Part shown: positions 40,962 to 54,476 of the stretch, piece after piece
Layout: each line of letters opens with the position of its first letter
Numbering within the stretch: position 1 is the stretch's first letter
Position numbers and translations under genes: made by a program
Assembly: GCF_006345805.1 (NCBI RefSeq)
Contig: NC_043004.1
Coordinates: 2,852,001 to 2,916,000, forward strand
Origin: Octopus sinensis
Taxonomy: Eukaryota
Direction: 5' to 3'
Length of the DNA: 64,000 bases
The notes under the pieces: model-generated
What the model saw: only the letters and a program-made list of their open reading frames with translations
What the model was told of the DNA's origin: nothing
Database searches by the model: none

Positions 40962-41267
40962 GATATAGATATATATATATATTATATATATATACACAGT
41001 CAAAAATTGTGAAGCATGACTGTCACCACAACTACATGAACCTGAAGATTGCAGAATTTAATGCATGAAAGGACTAGTTCAATCAGAATGAACATTTAAC
41101 ATTCTATTATTTTATTTTATTATATTATATTATATTATATTATATTATATTATATTATATCATTATAAGATTGTAAATAAAACGTGAAAATCAGACAAGG
41201 TTGGAATTCCTTTTATTAATATATTCTTATATATACAATATCACACACACCCGTATATATCTATATC

Positions 41268-41336
<69 letters not shown>

Positions 41337-41339
41337 ATA

Positions 41340-41501
41340 TGACGGGCTTCTTTCAATTTCCGTCTACCAAATCAACTCACAAGGCTCTGGTCAGCACGAG
41401 GCTGTAGTAGAAGATACTTACCCAAGTTGCTATGCAGTGGAACTGAACTCGGAACTATGTGGTTGAGAAGCAAGGTTCTTACCACACACCATTCCTGGGC
41501 C
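41340..41501 (-). mobile_element. SINE family A, 5' half
   Basis: Shares private variants with the 40776 copy. Confidence 0.8.
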
Positions 41502-42172
41502 TCTCCTCTCTCTCCTCTCTCTCTCTCTCTCTCTATATCTATATATATATATATATATATATATCTATATATATATATAATATGTATATACATATAATAT
41601 GTGTGTGTGTGTGTGTATGTATATATATATAATACATATATACACACATATATATATATATACTATGTGTGTGTGTGTGTGTGTGTATGTGTCTGTCTGT
41701 CTTTCTGTGTCTGTGTGCGCGTGTGTGTTACGGACTGAGGGAAGAGCGTTGAAAGAATGTAAACAAAAGTAAAACCAGGATATATAAATAATAACAACAG
41801 CAGCAGCAATAATAATGTGAAATAAAATGTATTAAAAACGGTAAATGAATAAATGAGGCCATTTCGTAGGTGGCTAGTTTATATGTGTATGTGTGTGTAT
41901 GTGTGAGTGTGTGTGTGTGTTAGTGTGTGTTGTGCAGTTTGCTCGGCATCTGAACTGAGGTCTAAGGCTGTCACTTGACTGTTTCAAGTGTTACGCTTGT
42001 CCACCAGAGCTGTAAGGCACCGGGACAGCTGGAGCTGACATACCGCCAAATAGCCGAGCGTTTAGTTTCATCTCTGTCGCAACTGGGAACCAGCGCCGCA
42101 CTCCGACCGCTCTCACTTTCATTATCTCCTTCTCCTTTTCCTTCCTTCTTTCACTACCACAACCTCCGCCAC

Positions 42173-42225
<53 letters not shown>

Positions 42226-42472
42226 GTGTATATATACACATACACTATTACTACTGCCGCTGGTGCTGCTGCTGCTGCTGCCTGTTATTGTTATCACTTT
42301 ATGCTCTTCGCCTTACCCTTCTTTCGCCTCCCTCCCCCCACTCCCACCGCCGCACTTCCCAACTATTTTCTCTTTCTTCTTCTGTAAATCGAAACTAGAA
42401 TCATAGCTTTTTCAGCATGTGTCAAAGCGAACAAAACACTTCGCTGTTGATATTGAAGAAGAGGGCCTGCGA

Positions 42473-42512
<40 letters not shown>

Positions 42513-42646
42513 GATAGAGTGAGAAAGGAGAGGCAAATAGGAGGAGACAGAATCAAAAGCAGAAACAGATAAAGAGAGATAGAGTAAGAAAAATAGGGCC
42601 AACATAAAGACAATAAGGAAGAAAAGAGAGAGTAGGAAAGAAACAA

Positions 42647-42689
<43 letters not shown>

Positions 42690-43174
42690 AATTTTGGTGG
42701 CCTGACCTCTTCATCTACGTTGTCTTCTACACGCGCATCCCTCCCGCCGTTTTCTCGATGTCGAACTTAACCAACTCTGGTGTGTGTGTGTGTCTAGTAC
42801 GTGTACCCCTTAACCCAGACAGTCCCCGTGTGAAGGTTTAACTTGCCACAGGCTGTTAGTGTCCAGCTGCTTGCTCTCTTATTGCCTCTCTCTCTTATTC
42901 TCCGGCCTCACTCGCTTGTTTTTATACAGATTTATCTTCCCCTTCTCCACCATCTCCCACCCCTCCCTTTGTATTTCTCGCGTTCCCACATCCACGTGAA
43001 ATTCGCAAAGAGGTTCCTTGCACTTATGTAGCTTTGTGCATTATGTGCTGCACCATAAACTGCTCTCTATCTCTCTCTCTCTCTCTCTCTAGTTATCTAT
43101 CTATCAATCTATCTATCTTTGTCTCTCTCTCTCTTTTCCTTTCTCTGTGTCTCTACTCATATATTCTCTCTCTC

Positions 43175-43470
43175 TCTTTTACTCTTTTACTTGTTTCAGT
43201 CATTTGACTGCGGCCATGCTGTAGCACCGCCTTTGGTCGAGCAAATCGACCCCAGGACTTATTCTTTGTAAGCCTAGTACTTATTCTATCGGTCCCTTTT
43301 ACCGAACCGCTATGTTACGGGGACGTAAACACACCACCATCGGTTGTCAAGCGATGTTGGGGAGACAAACACAGACACACAAACACACATACTCATATAT
43401 ATACATATATATACGACGGGCTTCTTTCAGTTTCCGTCTACCAAATCTACTCACAAGGCTTTGGACGGCC
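43175..43470 (-). mobile_element. SINE family A, 5'-truncated
   Basis: Well-preserved 3' half plus part of the 5' half. Confidence 0.88.
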
Positions 43471-43864
43471 TTTTTATTCTTTCTTTTATTTAATAAGTAG
43501 ATTGTGGCCATGCTGGAACACTGCCTCGATGATTTTAGTCGACCGCAGGACTTATATTAAATCTGCATATTCTGTCGTTCTCTTCTTTTCAAAACGCTAA
43601 GTTAGAAGGACATAAACTAGCAAATACGAGTCGTCAAGCTGTATATTTTATACAACGGGCTTCCGTACAATTTCCAGCTCCCAAATTCACTCACAAGTCA
43701 GGTCAGTTTGGGCTGTAGTGGTGCACTATGAGACTGAGCCAGGAGCTACGATTGTTGCAAAGGGAATTTACTAACTAATTTAATACACCTTGTATGCGTT
43801 CTCTTTTTATACCTACGCCACACACATGCAACTACCCTCCCCCCAGAAAGGGATTTACAGTTGA

Positions 43865-44058
43865 AACTGGAATTAGTATCCTACAAAACCTTCATTGTTG
43901 CTTAGTTCACTGTGAACTCTGTTATTGTACCTAGCCATTGGGGACATCCTGCGTTTTGATGAGCCTAGGTTCTTTAAAATCCTATAACTAATTCCTATAT
44001 GGTTTCGTATATATTTTCTCTCTTCTGCTACTGTTTTCGTTCTTCTCTTTGACAAAGG
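43865..44058 (-). mobile_element. possible mariner transposase remnant (second HTH to catalytic start)
   Basis: IRNHIGISYRILKNLGSSKRR...RV...NEGF loosely matches the mariner IA..LGIS...IL...LG..K...RV...GF pattern. Confidence 0.35.
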
Positions 44059-44726
44059 ATAACACTCGAGACGTCTGATTCACACATGTTTCTCATTTTA
44101 GCGAATTAAAATTCATTATACACTTCTTTGTTTGTTGTTTACTAGCTTTATATTTACATGCTTGTTAAACACGTGTCTTCGTTTCTCTTACACCACAATA
44201 TTTTTGGTTTGCTTAGACATTGCATCAAATGTTAGATTTCTCATTTGTGGGAATTTTACGTATTTGTATCCTTAACCCTTCGCAGAATTATTCGCCACAA
44301 CTCCGCTGATTGAACCTATCAAATAGCACTGCATATATACATCTCTGTATATAAACACACACACATACACACATATTTATATGCATATCTACTAGGCCAT
44401 ATGCCCGTGGGCATAGATAGATAGATGTGTATGCATGTATGTATATCTATATATATGTGTGTTCATGTATGTATGAATGTATGTATATATGCGTGTATAT
44501 TAGTTTCTTCCTTTCTTTATGTTTTTCTTTCTTTTCTCTTTTCTCCGTTTATGCTCCAGTTGTTTTCTCTATCCCTCTCCTCTCTCACTCTCCCTTTTCT
44601 CTAGTATTTAATATACGTCCTCCTCACCATATACGTCCTCCTCTTTCTTTTTACAGTTCGATATTTAACAGATGAGGAATTATGTACATTATTTACATTT
44701 GACAGATATTTCTCATCTTGTTTGTT

Positions 44727-44756
44727 AACACAACTTTTCGGCCTTCTTCAGGTGTC
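44727..44756 (-). ncRNA. very short type-I hammerhead-like motif
   Basis: GACAC CTGAAGA AGGCC GAAA AG T T GTGTT; 5-bp stem I; stem II nearly absent. Confidence 0.5.
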
Positions 44757-44832
44757 TTGGGGAAATTTCGAACCTGGGTTCTCATTCAAAAGGTATTTTT
44801 TGATGTTATTATTATTATTATTATTATTATTA

Positions 44833-44865
<33 letters not shown>

Positions 44866-44926
44866 CATTATTATTATTATTATTATTGTTATTGTTATTT
44901 TTATTGTTGTTATTATTATTTTTTAA

Positions 44927-45354
<428 letters not shown>

Positions 45355-45868
45355 ATTATTATTATTATTATTATAATTATTATCATCATCATCATTATTA
45401 TTATTCCGGTCACTGCCTGCAATCGAACTCGGAATCTTGGGGTTTAGTAGCCCGCGCTCTTAACCACTATGCCATATGCCACCCAAAATAATTCCAAAAC
45501 TCGTCTCCGTCTATCCACCTTTAGATATAACTGTATATCTGTAATTTAATGCATTAGGTTCTGGTTGAGCCTCGAAATGCATTCGGAACACCTATTGTTG
45601 AGCTCCAAGCAAGTATAATAGTGAATCGCGCATAAGAACTGTAATGTTAAACTGTGGTTATCCTTATTTCTCTTATATAAGCGCGCGCGCTCGTTTGTGT
45701 GCGCGTGTGTGTATCTATGTGTGCGTGCGTATCTTTTGAAATCTGTCAATGAACTAAACTATATGGATTGATTTCTGTAAATATATACATGCGTTCATGG
45801 CATCTCACACACAAACAAACATGTACACATGCTTGCATTCATATATGCATATATGATTCTGTCTGTAA

Positions 45869-45949
<81 letters not shown>

Positions 45950-46857
45950 TTATATATATATGTATAAAGATATATATATATATACATATATACATATATA
46001 CATATACAAAATAGAATATTATGGTTGAACCAATTTGTTGATAGTAGTTGTTTTCAACGTTAAATCGCACGATTTCTCAAAATAGTAGTTTATCGACGCC
46101 ATGCCAAAGCAAATTACGCTGGAGTGACAGGATGCCGATTTTAGCCTTGTCAGCAGATATTCCAGCAAGTGTTTCCAGTTTGCAACATATCCAAAAATTT
46201 GCAAGGTATTGAAAAGTCCAATTGTAACTCATGTAGTATCAGATGCCTGATCAGAAATAATTATGTATATTTATGGCATTAGGGAAAACAACTGTGTTTT
46301 TTCTAAATAAAACATGTCTCTTATTATTTATTTACATATTTTATTATTACTATATATATTTTGTTTGTTTGTTTTTTTATGAATAAGCAGATCGAACGAA
46401 ACGCTTGTTTAAAACTGAACACTGTAGTTTAGAAATACCAGTCTTAAGTTATACAGATTGCCAATTCTGGAAATAGATTTTGAAAATTTACATTTATTTT
46501 GCCGTTCTTTCTCTTGCAGAATGTGATCTATAGATTGTTAGCACATATTCCTCCGCATTCTTTCATTTCTTGAAAAAGCAAAAAAAAAAAAAAAAAAAAA
46601 AACTAATCAATGGTATTTTGCTGAAAACTTCCAGAGAAAATAAAACAAAAAAAAACAAAACATTCGACTCTACGTGATGGGTTGTGAAAACAAAACAAAA
46701 TGAAAATATCGAAAATAAAAGAAAATCAAAATAAATAATAAAGATTGTTTATAAACGGTTATTATGTATTGATGTGTAGAATAGACAGATAAATACAGAG
46801 AAGTACATTGAGGTATCTACTAGAATTAATCAATACATGTATACATAAATATATATA

Positions 46858-46911
<54 letters not shown>

Positions 46912-47049
46912 CATATATATACATATATATATATATACACATAAATGCATATATATATACAGGTATCGTGTATATATATATATATATTACATAAATGTGT
47001 GCGTGCATGTGTGTGTGTGTGAGAGGATGGATACATGTGTGTTCGTATG

Positions 47050-47080
<31 letters not shown>

Positions 47081-47638
47081 TATATATATGAGTGTGCGTA
47101 TGTTTGCATGTGTGTATTTCGGATACGCAAACACGAGATAAAGGACTCAATACACGTCAAAGAGTTTAATTGTACGAAATTGATGCTTCCATTTGCTACT
47201 CAATACATTGTTTCACGTGATGTACGCGTGTGTGGTGTGAAATGCGTGTAGATTTGCATATGTATTCATATATATATATATATCAGCAGACTCTGAAATG
47301 AATTGATAGGCCCACATACAACATCCCAAGGTACATCTTTATTTCTCTGATGAAATTATACTCATGTCACATAAATGTAAATTTAATGTACACATTTGTA
47401 AATAAATTATTAAGTATGAATTGAAACAGCTGTAAGAAGCGAGAACGACCAATTTATTAATAATTCGCAATCATTAACTTCCTTATCACCATTTCTTTTT
47501 GTTTTCTTTTCTTCTTTTAAATGTATATAAATTATATGATTTATGTATCCCTATTGTTTTAAGGGAATATCATTCCCCCAAATACTAGGTATTGAACCAG
47601 AATTACTTTGGATGCTACCATCCCCTAATTAAATATAT

Positions 47639-47697
<59 letters not shown>

Positions 47698-47700
<3 letters not shown>

Positions 47701-50023
47701 AATGTGATGCCGACAATGATCTCGGATCACAACATAATAGAGCTGTCTATGTATGGACCAAAAGCCCCCGTAGGCACACAGCATATATGAAGCATCCACC
47801 ATCTCTCCAACTTAAACTTTCATAAAGCAAACTGGAAGTTGATTGAGAAAGAGATCCTCAAACAGGATTGGCCTAAATGTCTCTCCACACCGGACATTAA
47901 CATGAAACACAAACACTTCATGTCCATAATACAAGCCATATGTGACAAATATGTCCCAGTGTGCAGGGCCAGCACACACAAAAACAAAAACAGGATCCCT
48001 AGAGAAAGGAAGATTCTAATGAGACGACGGACAAGGATTGCGAACCGCCTGAGCAAGCACACCAAAAGTGGTGAGAAGACTCGGCTCGAGAGAATGCTAA
48101 TGGAAATTGAGAAAAGTCTGCATCAGTCCCATGAAAAGGAGAGAGCAGATAAAGAAGCTTAGGTAATAGAAAATATAAAATCAAACCCTAAAGCTTTCTT
48201 TAAGTTTGCCAAAGAGACAGCCACAGTGCACCAGGAATAGGACCTCTCTTCCAAAAAGATGGCTCTCTCACAGGAAATCCCACGAGGATAAGTGAAATAC
48301 TGAACGAACAATTCCAAAGTGTGTTCACTACACCTCTAGGACACAGGCAAGTAAACAACCCAGAAGAATTCTTTGCCACTTTACCTGCGGCCAATGAGGC
48401 AAAAATTGAGTACATAAACATCGAAGATAAGGATATCACACTAGCCATAGATGAGATTGACACAAATTCAGCTGCTGGACCTGACGGATTTCCAGCGATC
48501 CTTCTCAAATCGTGCAAACGAGCCCTTGCAAAACCGCTACAGCTTCTTTTTCAGAGCTTTCTTGCAAGTGGTAAGCTCCCAGTCAAATTGAAAGAGGGGG
48601 TAATATGCCCTATCTATAAGGAAGGTAGCAGAGCAGATGCTAAAAATTATAGGCCTATCTCTCTGACCTCACACATCAGCAAAGTCATGGAACGATTAGT
48701 CCGTAAGAAACTAATCATGTTCCTTGAAGAAAATGACTTGCTGTCTGACACCCAGCACGAATTTCGACCAGGTAGAAGCTGACTGACACAGCTCCTGCAA
48801 CACTATGACTGGGTGATGAAACAGCTACTAAACGGCTCAAATGTGGATGTAATATATCTCGACTTTGCAAAAGCCTTTGATAAAGTCGACCATGGTATGA
48901 TCTGTCACAAACTGCGTGGTCTCGGCATGGGCGGAAAACGTGGAGAGTGGCTGCACAACTTCCTAAAAGACAGAAGACAGGCAGTTGTGAGCAATGGAGC
49001 CACCTCTAAGGAAACACAAATAACAAGCGGTGTCCCACAGGGCACTGTCTTGGGGCCACTGCTATTCATAGTGGCCCTTTCAGACATGCCTTCAGTTGCT
49101 ACGATGGCCACCCTTGCTACGTATGCAGATGACACAAAAGTCTCCTACACAATACAAAATCCTGAAAATATTGCGCATCTGCAACAGGAGTTGGACACAA
49201 TATACAGGTAGGCTGAGGACAACAACATGCAGTTTAATGCAGGTAAGTTCCAGGCCCTGCGCTACCGGCACACAAAGGTAAACGACGTTCAGACTGGATA
49301 CACTGGCCCAGGAAGAATTGCAATCCCTGAGTCAAAATCAGTGCGTGACCTGGGCATTGACATGAGCAAGGATGCATCTTTCCAAGTGCATATTACTAAT
49401 CTGGTGATAAAATGCAAACGGCTAGCTGGATGGATTCTCCGAAATTTCAGAACAAGAGAGGAGACACTGATGGTCCTATGGAAAACATTCGTCCTCAGCC
49501 GCTTGGACTATTGTTCCCAACTATGGTCACCACACAATATAAAACTAACAGCAGAACTCGAAGCAATTCAGAGAAGCTACACAAAGAAAATCGTCTCAAT
49601 GCAAAATATCAGCTACTGGGAAAGACTGAAAGTATTAAACCTCTTCTCCCTAGAGCGGAGGCGGGAGAGATATGCGGTGATATACATCTGGAAAATCCTG
49701 GAGGGTCTTGTCCCAAACTTTGGCATTCAAAGTCACCCCAACCGCAGAACGGGGCGCCACTGCATGGTGCCAAAGATTCCAACATCACCATCAAAATACA
49801 GGTCCAGATACTGCAACAGCTTGGGTTTCAGAGGACCACAGCTCTTTAACATCCTCCCTAAATGCCTGAGAGACTTACATGGTGTGGATGTGGGTTTTTT
49901 AAAACTAAACTGGATCTCTTCTTGTCGGGAGTCCCAGATGAACCTACCTCACGACAGGAGACGCTGATGCGGTCAGCAGCATCGAACTCCCTTGCTGATC
50001 AAGTGCCACGTATCAGAGGTGGA
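47698..50023 (+). mobile_element. CR1-group LINE, 5'-truncated (end of APE domain through RT and 3' end), several stops and frameshifts
   Basis: NYRPISLTSHISKVMER, YLDFAKAFDKVDH, SGVPQGTVLGPLLF, YADDTK, SLERRRERY, GPQLFNILP; starts at (TA)n and ends in (TGTA)n. Confidence 0.93.
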
Positions 50024-50560
50024 TGTATGTATGTATGTATGTATGTATGTATGTATGTATGTATGTATGTATGTATGCATGTATGTATATATGACTTCAT
50101 GTGACCGTCTTTCTTTTCCTCCAGGATATCCTAAGGACTGGACGTCTTCTATTTCTCTCTTCTCTCTTTTCTTTTTTTAAAAAGAAAATTTCTCCAGCGT
50201 TCGCTATTTTACCCTCTTTCTAGTCTAATGACCCTCCATGTTTGTTTTCGTTCGGTTTCCTTGTATGTCTCCACTGTTCTGTTTTTGTTCCCAACATTGA
50301 CCCTCCATAGATCCAAAATCTTATTTCGATACTTACGGGAGCAACTGTCGTCGAAGACTCATATTGTCCTTCAATGCTTGAAATAAGAAGTAGATAGACA
50401 GCCGACAACTGATGATGGGTCGTTCTGTGTGTTACTTGTCCTGTTTTCCATATTTTTCTCTCGTGTTTTGTGTATTTAACACATTTGTTCTTGTATTTCA
50501 TGTTGCTTACTGTTGGTGACGTCCTGTACCCATATATGCACACACACAAATACCCCCCCC

Positions 50561-50607
<47 letters not shown>

Positions 50608-50631
50608 ATGTATATGTACATATATATATAT

Positions 50632-50665
<34 letters not shown>

Positions 50666-50966
50666 AAAATACAAACCTTGAATCTGCTACACTCTATATA
50701 AATTCCCTACTGGGAATGACCAACTTTAATAGAATCTTACATTGCTTATAAACTCTACATCTGGATGGACTCATATTAAACTCTGTTGGACTTTTGGATT
50801 TTACTCAAAGGATATTGGAATATTACACATATATACCATTATGCCTATAAAGCGGATTTACGAATTCAATAATCATACATATCTTACATCTATTTTCTTT
50901 CTTCCGTCTCACTCTCTATTAGTATCACATCGAAACTAACTATGACTTCATTTTTCCTCTCACACC

Positions 50967-51021
50967 GTCTCCGATGAAGGGACATTATTATTAATTAATA
51001 TCCTAGTATTAGCTGTAAGAC
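50967..51021 (+). ncRNA. degenerate (inactive) hammerhead remnant in a TA-flanked element (50660-51085)
   Basis: GTCT CCGATGA AGGG...TCCT [GAAAC lost] AGCT GTA AGAC. Confidence 0.4.
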
Positions 51022-51167
51022 CTATCTATAAATGTTCTAATATCTATACAGCCTTGGTTTTTTATCTCATTACGCAAAAAATTTATATATATATAAACAA
51101 TTGCAGCGTGGAAGGTGTTTAAGAAACACACAAAAGCCGTTCGATTCACTTCAACATTTAAGTTTAA

Positions 51168-51217
51168 TTTGTCAAAATATTTTCGTCGCTAAAATCCGCG
51201 ACCTGTTCACTGACAAA
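51168..51217 (-). ncRNA. second copy of the G3:C8 hammerhead variant
   Basis: Core GTGAACA and stems identical to 12831-12880; only the stem II loop differs (GGATTTTA). Confidence 0.65.
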
Positions 51218-51248
51218 AATCCGTGCTGCATATATATATATATATATA

Positions 51249-51304
<56 letters not shown>

Positions 51305-51879
51305 ATATAATATATATATCGTTATTATCAAAGGATCGGGGATTTCATGGAGGTTGGTCCGAAACAAGGCATATCTCGTATAATTTACCACGTCGGTGTT
51401 ACATGTAAGACATGTTAAAAACAAAATGTCTATCTAAAAATACAGGAATAGCCTCTAAATACCGAAGCCAGCAACTAATCCATCAAGGCCAAATAATAAA
51501 TAACTCAGTGGGACAGCATGAAACGAAAGGTTATTCCTGGAAATTGGTTGAGTGTTGTAGAATTCCTTTACATAAGAACAAAGAATAAGACAAGGTATTG
51601 CTCAATGGTGAAATCATATTTAGTTAATTTCGTGTCACAAACACGCACACACACTTCCAAGTGACAAAGCGGATGTATATGGGACATGCTGCCGTGTTTA
51701 TGAGTATATATCTATATACAATAGATTCTGAAGTCCGCTTGGACGTATGAAGGTCCAACAGTCAGTCTTCCAAAGGTTAGACCACCAACACAAATAATTT
51801 AGCTTCCAGTGGGGAAGACTCGTGAAGGACGAACCATAATTTTGGAAAAACTGATACTGCAAATATTTGCTCCAAACCC

Positions 51880-52193
51880 GATGGACATCATTATGCTACT
51901 TCCTCGTCACAAAAATGCATAATTTTTTAATCGAATTGTAACATGTGATGAGAAATGGATCCAATACAACAATCGTAAACGTCAAGTACCTTGTGGTTGG
52001 ACAAAGACCAGCCACCAAAACAAAGTTCAAAAAGAAAAAAAATCATCAAAAGAAGCTGATGGTATGTGGTTGGTGGTCTGATGCAGGTGTGGTCCATTAT
52101 GATTTCATTAAACCAGGCTCATTAATCACGAAAGAAGTATACTGCAACCAAATGAACCAAATGATGCAGAAATTAAATAATCAAACATGCTAA
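51880..52193 (+). mobile_element. mariner transposase catalytic-domain remnant
   Basis: LLPRHKNA*FFNRIVTCDEKWIQYNN, HQKKLMVCGWWSDAGVVHYDFIKPG...ITKEVYCNQ. Confidence 0.85.
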
Positions 52194-52305
52194 ATGAGAT
52201 TTAGGATTTGATAAGGATGATACCTTGGAGAGGAAATCTGATACTTCATATACCTTCAGATACACCGTATTTATGCAATAGCGCACATATATGCGATGTC
52301 ATTGA

Positions 52306-52356
<51 letters not shown>

Positions 52357-52528
52357 AATATTAGGGAATAAATCCAAATTTACAGGGAAAAAAATCAGAT
52401 TTAGATTAAATCCAATTTTATAGTAAAATATTATATAATATTAATTCGAAACAAAACCACTATTTTGCAAAACAAACAAGGAAAGACTTAATCAATACAT
52501 AAACATTTTAATATAAAGAAATAAACCG

Positions 52529-52571
52529 CCACTACAATCGTTTCATGTCTTCAATGACATTCGTCAGGTGG
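52529..52571 (-). ncRNA. complete minimal type-I hammerhead ribozyme
   Basis: CCAC CTGACGA ATGTC attgaa GACAT GAAA CGATTG T A GTGG. Confidence 0.85.
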
Positions 52572-52642
52572 ATTTTCGATCTCCTAATCTGTTTTAATTT
52601 ATGAAGTCTTCATAAATTAAAACAGATTAGGAGATCGAAAAT

Positions 52643-52685
52643 CCACCTAACGAATGTCATTGAAGACATGAAACGATTGTAGTGG
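52643..52685 (+). ncRNA. mirror hammerhead with G5A core substitution
   Basis: CCAC CTAACGA ATGTC attgaa GACAT GAAA CGATTG TA GTGG. Confidence 0.75.
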
Positions 52686-52770
52686 CGGTTTATTTCTTTA
52701 TATTAAAATTTTTTATGTATTGATTAAGTCTTTCCTTGTTTGTTTTGCAAAATAGTGGTTTTGTCTCGAA

Positions 52771-52801
<31 letters not shown>

Positions 52802-52803
<2 letters not shown>

Positions 52804-53339
52804 CATCTAATATAGGAGAGAATTTTTCGAAAAAAATTTTATCAATGGCCAGCATATTAAAAAATACCTTTAAAGGTTAAATTTATAAACAACTTATAAA
52901 TAAGGGCAAAAGAAAAGTTTCTAATGCCAAATATGCCGAAACTAGACACATTGTCCATAACCATATAATTTATCACAATAAGCACGTTACTCGAAGAAAG
53001 CCGACAGAAATTTCTTTAAAATTCCGTTATTACCATATCGGACCCGATTTCAGAGTTAGTTCATAAGAACCTTCCCTTCGTCAGTGATAAATGCGGCAAA
53101 GAAATAAATGAAATACTTACCTATACCCATGGAATTTTTTAGAAATTTCTGTCGGCTTTCTTTGAGTAGCGTGCTTATTGTGATGAATTATATGGTTATG
53201 GACAATGTGTCTAGTTTCGGCATATTTGGCATTAGACATTTTTCTTTTGCCCTTATTTATAAGTTGTTTATAAATTTAACCTTTAAAGGCATTTTTTAAT
53301 ATGCCGGCCATTGAAAAATCTTATCCTATATTAAATGTA
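52802..53339. repeat. fold-back with ~220-bp inverted arms and a 105-bp hammerhead-containing spacer
   Basis: 52802-53025 vs 53131-53339, highly similar. Confidence 0.9.
53030..53090 (-). ncRNA. complete type-I hammerhead ribozyme
   Basis: TTATCA CTGACGA AGGG aa GGTTC ttat GAACT aa CTCT GAAA TCGGGTCCGA T A TGGTAA. Confidence 0.8.
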
Positions 53340-54186
53340 AATTTAATAGTGATCTCTTCCGGACTCGCTCACTCTGTGAGAGTTTCAGTTCGAATCGCAC
53401 GTGTCTCGAATGGGCTGGAGAATTTCTATTCTGGATATATTTGGGGTACTTAATTGTGCTTTCTCTGATGAAGAGGCTTCGTTCATCGTAAGTTTCTTCC
53501 ATGGATGTCACATGATTAATTTAAGAACTCGAATTAAATGTCCTGAAGCATTTCAGAGAAGCAATAGAAAAGAGGCCAAAACATAGATAAACAAACCCAG
53601 ATTACATCTTCCTTTGAACTCGCATCACGCCTTAATACCGTGATACCTGGCATTTTGGTAAGGCAAGACGACTTTCATTCGCTTCCTATCATATCCTGAT
53701 CCTCGTGTTCATGAAATTGAAATTCAAGCAAAAAGTTACCGAATTCAGATGTCAGGATAAATCGAAGACAATTTACTACAAGAACTGCCCCCTATTTCGG
53801 AAAAACGTTTTAGGAAACAAAAAGCAATGGAAGGATTATGGCGACAGCATTGGGAAAGGTTTCTGGCGAAATTGGAATTGAAGCAATATTTATTTTTAAA
53901 AATTGATTTTGGATAGTCTTGACCATAGATGCACCCAAACACACATGCATACACGCGCTGGCGCGTGCATACGCTTGTCTGTGCATACATACATACGTAC
54001 GTACGTACATATATGCACATATGCACACACACATAACCACACTAACAGGACATTGATGCATACGCTCTCTCTCTCCCCCCTCTCTCTCTCTCTCTCTCTC
54101 TCTTTCTCTGTATATATATATTAGAAAATTAATATTTTAAAATCTTACAACGAGAGATATTCAGCAACATTACTTTGTAGTAAAGA

Positions 54187-54404
54187 TTGTTTGCCAACAT
54201 AACATGGCAGTCCTGGTTTAGGACGAATGTGGCTGAATTTAGCCCCAGCAGACATCGTCTCCAGCTGGCTATACGACACGATCTTGTTCGAAAATATAAG
54301 GACACAAATCGTGTCATATAGCCAGATGAAGACGATGTCTCCTGACGCTAAACTACAGTAACATTAGTCCTAATCTAGGACTGCCATGTTATGTTGGCAA
54401 ACAA
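54187..54404. repeat. nested inverted-repeat element next to (TA)n
   Basis: Outer IR 54187-54224/54367-54404; inner IR 54250-54282/54308-54340. Confidence 0.8.
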
Positions 54405-54421
54405 CCTTAACAAAACAAACA

Positions 54422-54475
<54 letters not shown>

Positions 54476-54476
54476 C

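Larger units (their letters stand above)
52432..52782. repeat. 351-bp near-perfect palindrome (1-nt spacer at 52607)
   Basis: ATGAAG T CTTCAT centre; 175-bp arms with only a few mismatches. Confidence 0.95.

Noticed and set aside
46080-46195. Possible exon MPILALSADIPASVSSLQHIQKFAR
   Set aside because: Poor acceptor, weak donor, no recognisable homology
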